NCBI RefSeq assembly: GCF_000146505.1
Contig: NC_017448.1
Span: forward strand, 1,020,001 to 1,052,000
Source: Fibrobacter succinogenes subsp. succinogenes S85
GTDB lineage: Bacteria > Fibrobacterota > Fibrobacteria > Fibrobacterales > Fibrobacteraceae
Direction of reading: 5' to 3'
Length of the DNA stretch: 32,000 nt
In this document: one piece after another, positions 24,894-32,000 of the stretch
How positions within the stretch are numbered: the first letter of the stretch is position 1
Layout of the letters: the number at the start of each line of letters is the position of its first letter
Made by a program: the position numbers and the translations under genes
The notes under the pieces: generated by a model
The model's database searches: none
What the model saw: the letters and a program-made list of their open reading frames with translations, nothing else
What the model was told of the DNA's origin: nothing

Positions 24894-25406
24894 CTATTCA
24901 TTAAAATTTCGGTTTAGCCACCCGAAATAAACTTTCAAATAAAATCGCGGACCCCTTTTAATATCGTAGGTATTCGTAGCCACATAAGCATACGATGCAG
25001 AAACTCTTAAAAGCATCAAATTAATATTCAAATCAGCATGTGGCCTGAAATAAAATTTATGACCAGGACTAAAAGCAAACCAATCCATCTTATAGCCAGC
25101 ACTCACCGATACGGGAACCCAGCCCTTCCAAAAGAAAAATTCCACAGTTGGATTCATCAAGAACAGAGTCCCTAAAAAAATTTTCATCGGAATTTCGTCT
25201 TCATAGTGACCATCACCATGCATTAGAATATACGGAAGAAAACCCAAAGTAACAAGTGAGTTTATTACAGATACTCTATATTCCAAATGACTCGTATCAC
25301 GTCTATCCGAAATAAAGTGTACACCAAACTCGGAATTCAAAGAGAGTTTTTTCAATATACTCTGTCCCGATTCAATGGAAAAAATCATATCATCTCGGCT
25401 GAACAC
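24894..25406 (-). CDS. mature-domain part of a putative outer-membrane beta-barrel protein (lacks its own signal peptide; see frameshift finding)
   Basis: 170-aa ORF starting at GTG. It shows an alternating hydrophobic/polar strand pattern with aromatic girdle residues (YKMDWFAFSPGHKFYFRP..., YLKVYFGWLNRNFNE). It is AT-rich. The frame stays open upstream through the A9 run. Confidence 0.55.
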   Translation of the reverse strand: MFSRDDMIFSIESGQSILKKLSLNSEFGVHFISDRRDTSHLEYRVSVINSLVTLGFLPYILMHGDGHYEDEIPMKIFLGTLFLMNPTVEFFFWKGWVPVSVSAGYKMDWFAFSPGHKFYFRPHADLNINLMLLRVSASYAYVATNTYDIKRGPRFYLKVYFGWLNRNFNE

Positions 25407-25413
25407 CCGATCA

Positions 25414-25536
25414 TCAATCCGTTTTTTTTTCCCAGAATGATGCGTCTATTCCAAAAAATCCCCCCGCCCATTCCTTTTCGCAAAAAGCCTGAGAACAGAA
25501 CACCACCAAACAAAATAAAAATACAAACCGTTTCAT
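25414..25536 (-). CDS. 40-codon ORF encoding only a Sec signal peptide plus about 23 aa; probably the detached 5' part of the downstream gene
   Basis: I translated it by hand: MKRFVFLFCLVVFCSQAFCEKEWAGGFFGIDASFWEKKTD*. The ATG at 25536 lies 25 nt after the ftsE stop, and the TGA is at 25416-25414, immediately after the A9 run. It is below the 60-aa cut-off of the ORF track. Confidence 0.5.
   Translation of the reverse strand: MKRFVFLFCLVVFCSQAFCEKEWAGGFFGIDASFWEKKTD
25422..25430 (-). repeat. A9 homopolymer (T9 on the plus strand) at the frame junction of the two ORFs above
   Basis: The plus strand reads g-ttttttttt-ccc at 25421-25433. Confidence 0.95.
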
Positions 25537-25561
25537 TCCCCCAACCTTCTACAAATGGCGC

Positions 25562-26251
25562 TTACAAAATATCGCGGTTTAAAAGTTCGCCGTGGCTGAG
25601 TTCAAGGCGGCGGAACGGGCTGTTCAGATAAAAGTCCGGGTTATGCGTAGCCATGAGGATGGTCGTACCGCGTGCATTGATTTCCTTGAAAATGCAGAAC
25701 ACTTCTTCAGCGTTTTTCGGGTCCAAGTTACCGGTCGGTTCATCCGCCAAAAGCAAATACGGGTTGTGCACCATCGCACGGGCAATCGCTACGCGCTGCT
25801 GTTCACCGCCCGAAAGCGTGTAAGGCATCGCAAAGCGCTTTTGGCTAATGCCCACGAGCGCAAGCGCGTCAAAGACCGCAGCATTAATCTTATTGCTCGG
25901 AGTCCCCACAATGCGGAGCGCAAGCGCCACATTCTCAAAAACATTGCGATCCGGCAACAGCTTAAAGTCCTGGAAAATAATTCCCATCTTGCGGCGGAGC
26001 GCCTGGATTCTATCGTCCGGCGTATTCTTGCTATCGTACAAGATGTTGTCCGAGAACTTGACCATCACCTGGCCACCGCGCTGTTCATCCGGACGTTCGT
26101 CCATGTAGATGAGTTTCAGCACCGTCGACTTTCCGGCGCCGGAATGCCCCGTCAAGAAAACAAACTCGCCTTTATTAATGCGGAAGGTGACGTTGTTCAA
26201 CGCCTTCCAGTTGGCTTCGTAAGATTTCGTGACGTGGGTAAAATGGATCAT
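25562..26251 (-). CDS. ftsE: cell-division ABC ATPase FtsE
   Basis: [48 protein letters not shown] is colinear with E. coli FtsE. Signature LSGGEQQRV and Walker [13 protein letters not shown] are present. Confidence 0.9.
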   Translation of the reverse strand: MIHFTHVTKSYEANWKALNNVTFRINKGEFVFLTGHSGAGKSTVLKLIYMDERPDEQRGGQVMVKFSDNILYDSKNTPDDRIQALRRKMGIIFQDFKLLPDRNVFENVALALRIVGTPSNKINAAVFDALALVGISQKRFAMPYTLSGGEQQRVAIARAMVHNPYLLLADEPTGNLDPKNAEEVFCIFKEINARGTTILMATHNPDFYLNSPFRRLELSHGELLNRDIL

Positions 26252-26252
26252 A

Positions 26253-27536
26253 TTATTCCGTCATTCTGATTTCGACGAGAACTTCCTTGCGCCACTTTTG
26301 GATGAGCTTCTGGAGCTTTTCATTTTCCAAGTGCGTTGCGGCCATAAGTTCAATCTTGCCGTAATCTTCTTCAAGAGTGAGTTCGCGCACCTGGCGGGAA
26401 TCATCAAGACGGAACAAGTGGTAAGCGCCATCGATCATGACCGGTTCAGAAATTTCACCGACGTTCAAGTTCGCGACCGGATCCACATAAGCAGGTTCCA
26501 TTTCGTTACGCTGGAACCAGCCAAGCAAGCCTCCCTGGAAGTTGCTGGACTTGTCTTCGCTGAACTTCTTTGCGGCCTTGGCAAATTCATCCTTCGACTT
26601 AATATTGTTGCGGAGAGAATCGGCGAGAGCCAATACCGCAGCGGAATCCTTTGCAGTCGGAATCGTGCGCAAGAGGATCTGTGCAGAGCGGACGCCATCT
26701 TCCTTACGGCCAAGCACGCGAGCAATATGCCAGCCCAAATCCGTCTTGACCGGAGTCGATGCATAATGACCGTTCTTCAAGCGTTCAATAGCCTTTTCGA
26801 AAGCAGGGTCCAAGAGACCACGCTTAAAGTAACCGAGGTCGCCACCCTTTGCGGCAGTGCTATCCTGCGAATGGCGCTGGGCCAAAAGTTCAAATTTGAT
26901 GCCGAGGTTGAGGCTATCAATCAACGCTTCAGCGACATGCTTCACCGAGTCCACAATCATGGAATCCGGCTTAATCGGGAGCTGGATATGGCTCAACAAG
27001 ACGCAGTTGAACTGGCGCGGGAGCGAATCCTTGTAATCCTTGTAGAAGACATCCACTTCTTTCTTGGTCGGGTGGATCGTGCCTACGTGGAGCTGGCGCA
27101 CGCGGGAAATTTCCATGTGACTACGGATTTGCTTACCAAGCTGTTCGCGGTACTGGATCATCGAAAGACCAAGCTGCGCGCGCACCGCCTTTTCGAGCGT
27201 CGCCATATCAATCTTCTGGCTTGCGGCAATAGACTGCAAATGAGAAGTCACGCGCTGGTCCACTTCGTTTTCCGAAATCACAATCGAGTCGCGGTCAATG
27301 CGGCTGAGCAAAACCTTTTCTTCAATCATGCGATTCAGCACAGCTTCTTTCTGTTGCTGTTCAGTCATGCTCGCAGCTTCGGGCGTGTCCTGGAACCTGT
27401 AAAGGTTGTTCATGAACTCCGAACGCATAATCGGCTTGCCATCGACAACAGCCGCAATCCCTTCCATCAAAACAGGCTCGGCAAAGCAGCCGACAGAGAG
27501 GGCAAAAACTAAAGAGGCAATTCGATTACTGATCAT
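26253..27536 (-). CDS. surA: periplasmic chaperone / peptidyl-prolyl isomerase with two parvulin domains (SurA-like)
   Basis: Signal peptide MISNRIASLVFALSVGCFA, followed by a SurA-N-like region. Parvulin 1: GGDLGYFKRGLLDPAFEKA...GWHIARV. Parvulin 2: GGLLGWFQRNEMEPAY...GAYHLFRL. The length of 427 aa is close to E. coli SurA. Confidence 0.75.
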   Translation of the reverse strand: MISNRIASLVFALSVGCFAEPVLMEGIAAVVDGKPIMRSEFMNNLYRFQDTPEAASMTEQQQKEAVLNRMIEEKVLLSRIDRDSIVISENEVDQRVTSHLQSIAASQKIDMATLEKAVRAQLGLSMIQYREQLGKQIRSHMEISRVRQLHVGTIHPTKKEVDVFYKDYKDSLPRQFNCVLLSHIQLPIKPDSMIVDSVKHVAEALIDSLNLGIKFELLAQRHSQDSTAAKGGDLGYFKRGLLDPAFEKAIERLKNGHYASTPVKTDLGWHIARVLGRKEDGVRSAQILLRTIPTAKDSAAVLALADSLRNNIKSKDEFAKAAKKFSEDKSSNFQGGLLGWFQRNEMEPAYVDPVANLNVGEISEPVMIDGAYHLFRLDDSRQVRELTLEEDYGKIELMAATHLENEKLQKLIQKWRKEVLVEIRMTE

Positions 27537-28339
27537 TATTTTTCCTTTTCACTAAATACATTTATCTTCGTAATTATGGGAATTCCCGTTTTCCATTCAT
27601 CCTTGAGGCGCTTCAAGACGACATTCTGGTGTTCCATCCATGCCTGCATGGAGACATCTTCAATCACTTCGTCAAGCGGACGCGCATCAGCGGAGTCAAG
27701 GCGATTTGTCACCACGGCAATCTTAGCGGCGCCATCGCAAACCTTCATCGGCGTAATGCGACCGACCACAGCACGGCGAATAGACGGAATCATGCACGGA
27801 TCCGGAGTCATATCGACACCATCAAATTCCCTCATGCGCTTTACCAAGCGGTGGTTAGGCGGAATCGATTCAAACTTGGTGTTCTTGAATTCCTTGTAAT
27901 ACAGCACGGCAGATTTCCAGTCGGCAAACGTGAGGATTGCGCCAGAAACCGAAGTTTTCCCGTTCAAGTACAGGTTCTGATTCTTATGGTAAAAATCAAT
28001 TTTTTCGACATCGCTTACGATCATCGTGTCAAGGAACGTCTGCATGAAATAGTCAGCGACAATTTTGCGCTTCGTGCGTTCAATCATGCGGATGAGCACG
28101 GAATCTTTCAACGCCCCCGCTTTCACAGCCTGCTGGTAGACAAGTTCTTCTTCAATCCAGTGCTGCAAAAAGAGAATACGCTCACGGTCGCCCCAGGAAT
28201 CCCAATCGGGAGCGTACGTATAAAGCTCCGACTGGTGCAACTTGGAATCGCCCACAGTAACAATAACAGGGTCTTTTGTCTTACAGCCGGCCATCAAAAC
28301 CAAACTGAAGACAAGCAATATGCGAATAAGAGATTTCAT
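27536..28339 (-). CDS. SurA-N/PpiD-like lipoprotein without a recognisable parvulin signature
   Basis: I chose ATG 28339 (MKSLIRILLVFSLVLMAG|C lipobox); the track start 28390 would overlap hrpA. The chaperone-like helical N-region is WIEEELVYQQAVKAG...RKIVADYF. Its stop TAA overlaps the surA ATG (TAATG). Confidence 0.6.
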   Translation of the reverse strand: MKSLIRILLVFSLVLMAGCKTKDPVIVTVGDSKLHQSELYTYAPDWDSWGDRERILFLQHWIEEELVYQQAVKAGALKDSVLIRMIERTKRKIVADYFMQTFLDTMIVSDVEKIDFYHKNQNLYLNGKTSVSGAILTFADWKSAVLYYKEFKNTKFESIPPNHRLVKRMREFDGVDMTPDPCMIPSIRRAVVGRITPMKVCDGAAKIAVVTNRLDSADARPLDEVIEDVSMQAWMEHQNVVLKRLKDEWKTGIPIITKINVFSEKEK

Positions 28340-28376
28340 CGCGACAAATTTAGCAAATTCGAGGCCGAGAGAGTAC

Positions 28377-31300
28377 TTAAAGCCTTCCAAAACGGCCTTT
28401 CAGCCTTGCTAAAGCGTCTTCTTCAACGATATCTTCGGCATCATTGCCCTTGCGCTTGTACTTGAGGATTTCGAAATCTTCAAGCAGAGCCTTCGCCTGC
28501 AAGTAAAGTTCCGCAAATTCCGGGTCATCCGTTGGCGTACGGTCAATTTTACCAAGAAGCTCGCGGGCATTTTTGAGTTCGTGGTCCTTGAGGTAACGCG
28601 CCTTGAGGTACGGGCGGAAATACTCACGGAGGGTATTAGCCGAAAGTTCAGTGTTTTCGAGAGATGCGCTGGAGTCGCGGGATGCGCTAGAATTGTGAGA
28701 TGCGCCGAACGGGAATTCTATGTTGAAAAGTTCTGCAAGAACGCGCAGACGTTCAAACAAAATAAGTTCTTTTTGGTATGCCGTATGAATCGCAATTATG
28801 GTTTTATTTTTTACGGTCGACTTGCCGTTTCCACTGCGCATTTCCACGCTGAAATCTTTAAGCAAATTCCAGTTCTTTACAAAAGCTTCAGCACCGATAA
28901 GACCCGATTCGTATGTGGCGCGCACAAGCGAGAGGCGGATTTCTTCATCTTCGCTACGGGTATTTGCGGCAAGGCTCTTGAAGTCGCGAATCTTTTTACC
29001 ACGCGAGAATTCAAGTCCTGTAAAGCGCACACAGCGAGTCGCATCAAGGCTATCTGCGGCAAGCGATTTTGCCACCCAAATTTTGAGAGCCGTTTCAAAG
29101 TTATCCGCAAAAACACCACCCATTTCGAGCAAGTTCAAGCGGTCGGCAATGAGCTGTTTTTTCTCTTCGGAGAATGAAGTCTTTTGCGGTGCGGGATGCG
29201 CCGCAGTTTCAAGATGCAGTGCTTTTTCGAGGCGCGCGCCTTCCACACGCTTGCGGAAAGCTTGCCAAAAACGGGATTCATCCGACACCATCAAAGCCGA
29301 CTGTCCAAGACGCCAGCCAAAGCGCATCCCCTCAAGCGGGAAGTCAATGCCAAACGTCACTAACGCCGGGCGAACCGCCAAGAACATGCGGTAAGAGCCC
29401 CATTCCGGAGAAATTTCGAGTTTATAAGGTTCCGGGAAACCAGGCTTTGAAACGACCAAATGCAGACGCAAATGATTTTCCTTGTCGGGATTCACCGTCG
29501 GAACGTCGATGCTAGCGCCGTTTGCACCCGAGCGGATTTCCTTTGTATTCGAAAGGACTTCGTAAAGCAACAAGAGCGGAGCTTTATGCGGGAAGTTGTC
29601 GAGCGCTGCAAAAAATTCATCGTCAATCGCGGTGCGTTTGGCTTCGAGCAATTTCTTGACGCTCTTGGGCATTTCGCGAATCACGGATTCAATCATCCAT
29701 TCGCGCCATTGCTGGATGCTCATCGCAAATTTTGCCGGAGAAATTTCAGTCAGCAAATCGTAAGGCAACGAGAGCGTAATGCCATCGCAATCGCGAGTGG
29801 CGTCAAAGACCATTTCACCTGTAACAACGCGCTCGCCAATGCGGAAATGCTCGATGGATCCGCCAAGAGTTGGGGCTATGGGGTCAGCACTACGCGCCTT
29901 TGAGGTTTGGGATTGCTTCGGCAAAAAGTCGGAAAGTTTCGTTCCAAACCCTCTCTCGTCCTTCGTCTGTAGAGAGCCCGCGAGCGTTCTCTCGTCTAAC
30001 AAATCCAACCAATACTTTTCATCGAATTTCAAGAACTGGTCGGTGTGCTCATAGATGTAGCTTTTGAGCGTCTTGATGGAATTGACGTTACCCGCTATTC
30101 GCGTGTAGTATTCCACGAGTGCATCTTCGCTCGGAGCAAGCCCGAACTGGCGTTTACGCGCTTCGAGAGCATGGAGATTTTCAACAACGTGATCGTTGTG
30201 CTTCATGAAATCGAAAGGCCTTGCCACCTCGCCCATCACTACCGCTTCGCGCCAGAAAATCTGAGCGCAATCTTCAGGATTCACGCGGGCGTAATCCACA
30301 CGATGGCCACGGCTAATCACAAGCCCTCTAAAGCTCACTTCTTCGACAGCTTCGACAAAGCCACGTTCCTTGTTCCACGTCGGTTCAAACCAGCGGCGTG
30401 TGCAGAACGGTTCTGCCACTTGCAAAATCCATTCCGGCTTGATTTCGGCAGCTTTCGTGAGGAACGTGCGGCTCGTTTCGCGCACTTCGGCACTGAAAAG
30501 CCATTCCACGCTCTTGGCGTACAAATCGCTGCCCGGGAACACATGCGTTTCGCGACCGCTCACCAAGCGGTAACAGCCGTTTTCAATATCGCGATGCGCA
30601 ATCCCGCCCAAGAATCCGGAAAGGAGCGCAATGTGCAAATTGTCGCGATGGAACGAATCGAACGGACAAACTTTATTTTCAAACTTTACTTCGAGAATGC
30701 GGCTAAACTGTTCGTACAAATCAACCCATTCACGCAAGCGCAAAAAGTGCATGCTGTTCTTATCGCAGAACTTGCGAAGTTTGTTCCAAGATTTTCCGTC
30801 CCAGTCCGTGCAGAATGCATTCCACATCGAAACGTAAACAAGAAAATCGCTCTTGTGACCGCAGAATTTTCGATGCAGCTGACGGATGCGGGTGCGTTCC
30901 GGCTCATCGTTCGGCACCACACGCGGGTCCTGAATGCTAAGCGCCGAGCACACGATAAGCGCCGGCTGCAAAACGCCCAAATCACGAGCACGCAAAAGCA
31001 CCGCCGAAAGCGACACGTCCATCGGGAGGCGCGTCATATCGCGGCCAAGCTTGGTCACATAACCGCTAGAATTGTCTGCCGTGAGTGCGCCAAGTTCAAA
31101 CAACGTCTTGTAAGCGCCACGGAATGCCGAATGCGGAGGCGACTGTAAGAACGGGAAGTTTTCGAGTTCCAGCCCGAGACTGCGCAACTGCAAAACGACA
31201 TTTGCCAAATTGCTACGGCGAATTTCTGGCTCCGTGAATTCATCGCGCTTTTCAAAATTCTCGGGAGAGTAAAGGCGAATGCACACGCCGGGCTTCACGC

Positions 31301-32000
31301 GCCCCGCGCGTCCAGTGCGCTGCCGCGCGCTGGCCTTCGAAATTTCTTCGACGGGAAGCCCCTGGATTCTCGCCTGCGCATTGTAGCGCGAGATTCGAGC
31401 CATACCCGTATCGACAACGTAAGCAATTCCCGGAATCGTGAGAGACGTTTCAGCAATGTTCGTTGCCAAGACCACGCGAGTCTTGCCCGTGTGCTTGAAA
31501 ATGCGACGTTGCTCGTCAGGGCTCATACGCCCGTAAAGCGGGAGCACATCAAAAGTCGCTGCATCCAGCTCGTGCGCAAGCTCACCCATCAAGTCCTGAA
31601 TGTCGCGTTCCGTCGGCAAAAAGCAAAGCAAATGGTCACGATGGCGCGTTTCCAAATCGAGAATCGCATCACGCGCTTCTTCGATTAAGCCAGAATCGCC
31701 CTTGCCCGAGATGTCACGGAGTGCGCTTGCCGAACCATAGTCCGAGAAATAATACTCGACATCCACAGGGTACGTGCGGCCTTCGGCCTCCATCACGCAA
31801 CTGTTGTCATAAAATTCTTCAAAAAGTTTTGCGTCAAGCGTTGCTGATGCAACGATTAACTTGAAATCTGGACGACGAGAAAGTACCGTCTTGAAAATGC
31901 CAAGCAAGATATCGATGTTCAACGAGCGTTCATGCGCTTCGTCAATCATGATAGCATTGTACTGCCGGAACAAGCGGTCCTTGCGGAACTCCTGCAACAA
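28377..32000 (-). CDS. hrpA: ATP-dependent RNA helicase HrpA (DEAH-box), N-terminus outside the window
   Basis: The ORF is open to the window edge. Motif II IMIDEAHERS, motif III SATLD, motif V LATNIAETSLTIPG, motif VI QRTGRAGR. These are followed by the HA2/OB regions and a long HrpA-type C-terminal region. Confidence 0.9.
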   Translation of the reverse strand: MLQEFRKDRLFRQYNAIMIDEAHERSLNIDILLGIFKTVLSRRPDFKLIVASATLDAKLFEEFYDNSCVMEAEGRTYPVDVEYYFSDYGSASALRDISGKGDSGLIEEARDAILDLETRHRDHLLCFLPTERDIQDLMGELAHELDAATFDVLPLYGRMSPDEQRRIFKHTGKTRVVLATNIAETSLTIPGIAYVVDTGMARISRYNAQARIQGLPVEEISKASARQRTGRAGRVKPGVCIRLYSPENFEKRDEFTEPEIRRSNLANVVLQLRSLGLELENFPFLQSPPHSAFRGAYKTLFELGALTADNSSGYVTKLGRDMTRLPMDVSLSAVLLRARDLGVLQPALIVCSALSIQDPRVVPNDEPERTRIRQLHRKFCGHKSDFLVYVSMWNAFCTDWDGKSWNKLRKFCDKNSMHFLRLREWVDLYEQFSRILEVKFENKVCPFDSFHRDNLHIALLSGFLGGIAHRDIENGCYRLVSGRETHVFPGSDLYAKSVEWLFSAEVRETSRTFLTKAAEIKPEWILQVAEPFCTRRWFEPTWNKERGFVEAVEEVSFRGLVISRGHRVDYARVNPEDCAQIFWREAVVMGEVARPFDFMKHNDHVVENLHALEARKRQFGLAPSEDALVEYYTRIAGNVNSIKTLKSYIYEHTDQFLKFDEKYWLDLLDERTLAGSLQTKDERGFGTKLSDFLPKQSQTSKARSADPIAPTLGGSIEHFRIGERVVTGEMVFDATRDCDGITLSLPYDLLTEISPAKFAMSIQQWREWMIESVIREMPKSVKKLLEAKRTAIDDEFFAALDNFPHKAPLLLLYEVLSNTKEIRSGANGASIDVPTVNPDKENHLRLHLVVSKPGFPEPYKLEISPEWGSYRMFLAVRPALVTFGIDFPLEGMRFGWRLGQSALMVSDESRFWQAFRKRVEGARLEKALHLETAAHPAPQKTSFSEEKKQLIADRLNLLEMGGVFADNFETALKIWVAKSLAADSLDATRCVRFTGLEFSRGKKIRDFKSLAANTRSEDEEIRLSLVRATYESGLIGAEAFVKNWNLLKDFSVEMRSGNGKSTVKNKTIIAIHTAYQKELILFERLRVLAELFNIEFPFGASHNSSASRDSSASLENTELSANTLREYFRPYLKARYLKDHELKNARELLGKIDRTPTDDPEFAELYLQAKALLEDFEILKYKRKGNDAEDIVEEDALARLKGRFGRL

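Noticed and set aside
25414-25436. Classical -1 programmed ribosomal frameshift on the slippery A_AAA_AAA heptamer
   Set aside because: A -1 shift leads into the third frame (AAC GGA TTG ATG ATC ...), not into the mature-domain frame. Joining requires loss of one A, that is a +1 shift. DNA or RNA polymerase slippage or a sequencing error are therefore the relevant explanations.
6614-28390. Extended N-termini in the ORF track (6614, 7331, 8214, 17489, 20108, 28390)
   Set aside because: Five of these (6614, 7331, 17489, 20108, 28390) start at a TTG or other non-ATG codon a few codons upstream of an ATG, and 8214, 6614 and 28390 overlap the preceding gene. The downstream ATGs give N-termini that align among paralogues (ATYNG motif), begin a signal or lipobox peptide, or sit just after the upstream stop.
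25592-31148. Plus-strand ORFs at 25592-26269, 26229-27512, 27629-28465, 28581-29394 and 30045-31148, opposite ftsE, surA, the lipoprotein and hrpA
   Set aside because: Those I checked (25592, 26229, 27629, 30045) are in the codon-register antisense frame of clearly identifiable genes. None has motifs or start-site context.

Overview
This 32-kb window looks like ordinary chromosome. I count about 27 protein genes and one tRNA-Gly(CCC). I saw no rRNA, CRISPR array, transposase, integrase or phage genes. The gene content, Shine-Dalgarno use and the basic C-terminal tail on a secreted enzyme suggest a Fibrobacter-like (FCB-group) diderm, but that is an unverified inference.

Gene blocks from left to right:
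- The 3' end of rubrerythrin.
- A minus-strand pair: a small zinc-ribbon protein followed by a secreted polysaccharide-lyase-like protein.
- A plus-strand string: carboxy(nor)spermidine synthase, speA, three tandem GT2 glycosyltransferases and nudC.
- A minus-strand block: a secreted repeat protein, a DUF3298-like protein, a HAD-IIA hydrolase, an acidic unknown protein and an aspartoacylase-family protein. tRNA-Gly lies on the plus strand inside this block.
- An AT-richer envelope cluster (13.5-22.1 kb) in which three diverged LtaS/sulfatase-fold membrane transferases surround an MMPL/RND transporter.
- parC.
- A tightly coupled minus-strand operon: hrpA (partial), a SurA-like lipoprotein, surA, ftsE and a small beta-barrel-like gene.

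Most interesting observations:
1. The LtaS x3 + MMPL cluster is a candidate undescribed envelope lipid export-and-decoration system.
2. The gene after ftsE is split by a frameshift exactly at an A9 homopolymer, which separates a clean signal peptide from its mature domain.
3. A family of intergenic hairpin modules is built around an ATAGCCC box, with 7-8-nt periodic stop-rich repeats directly after stop codons.
4. A secreted protein carries four hexapeptide repeats encoded by 18-bp tandem repeats.

The many gene-length antisense ORFs in the track are artefacts of the codon-register shadow frame. All functional calls come from motif recognition by eye; no database search was run.
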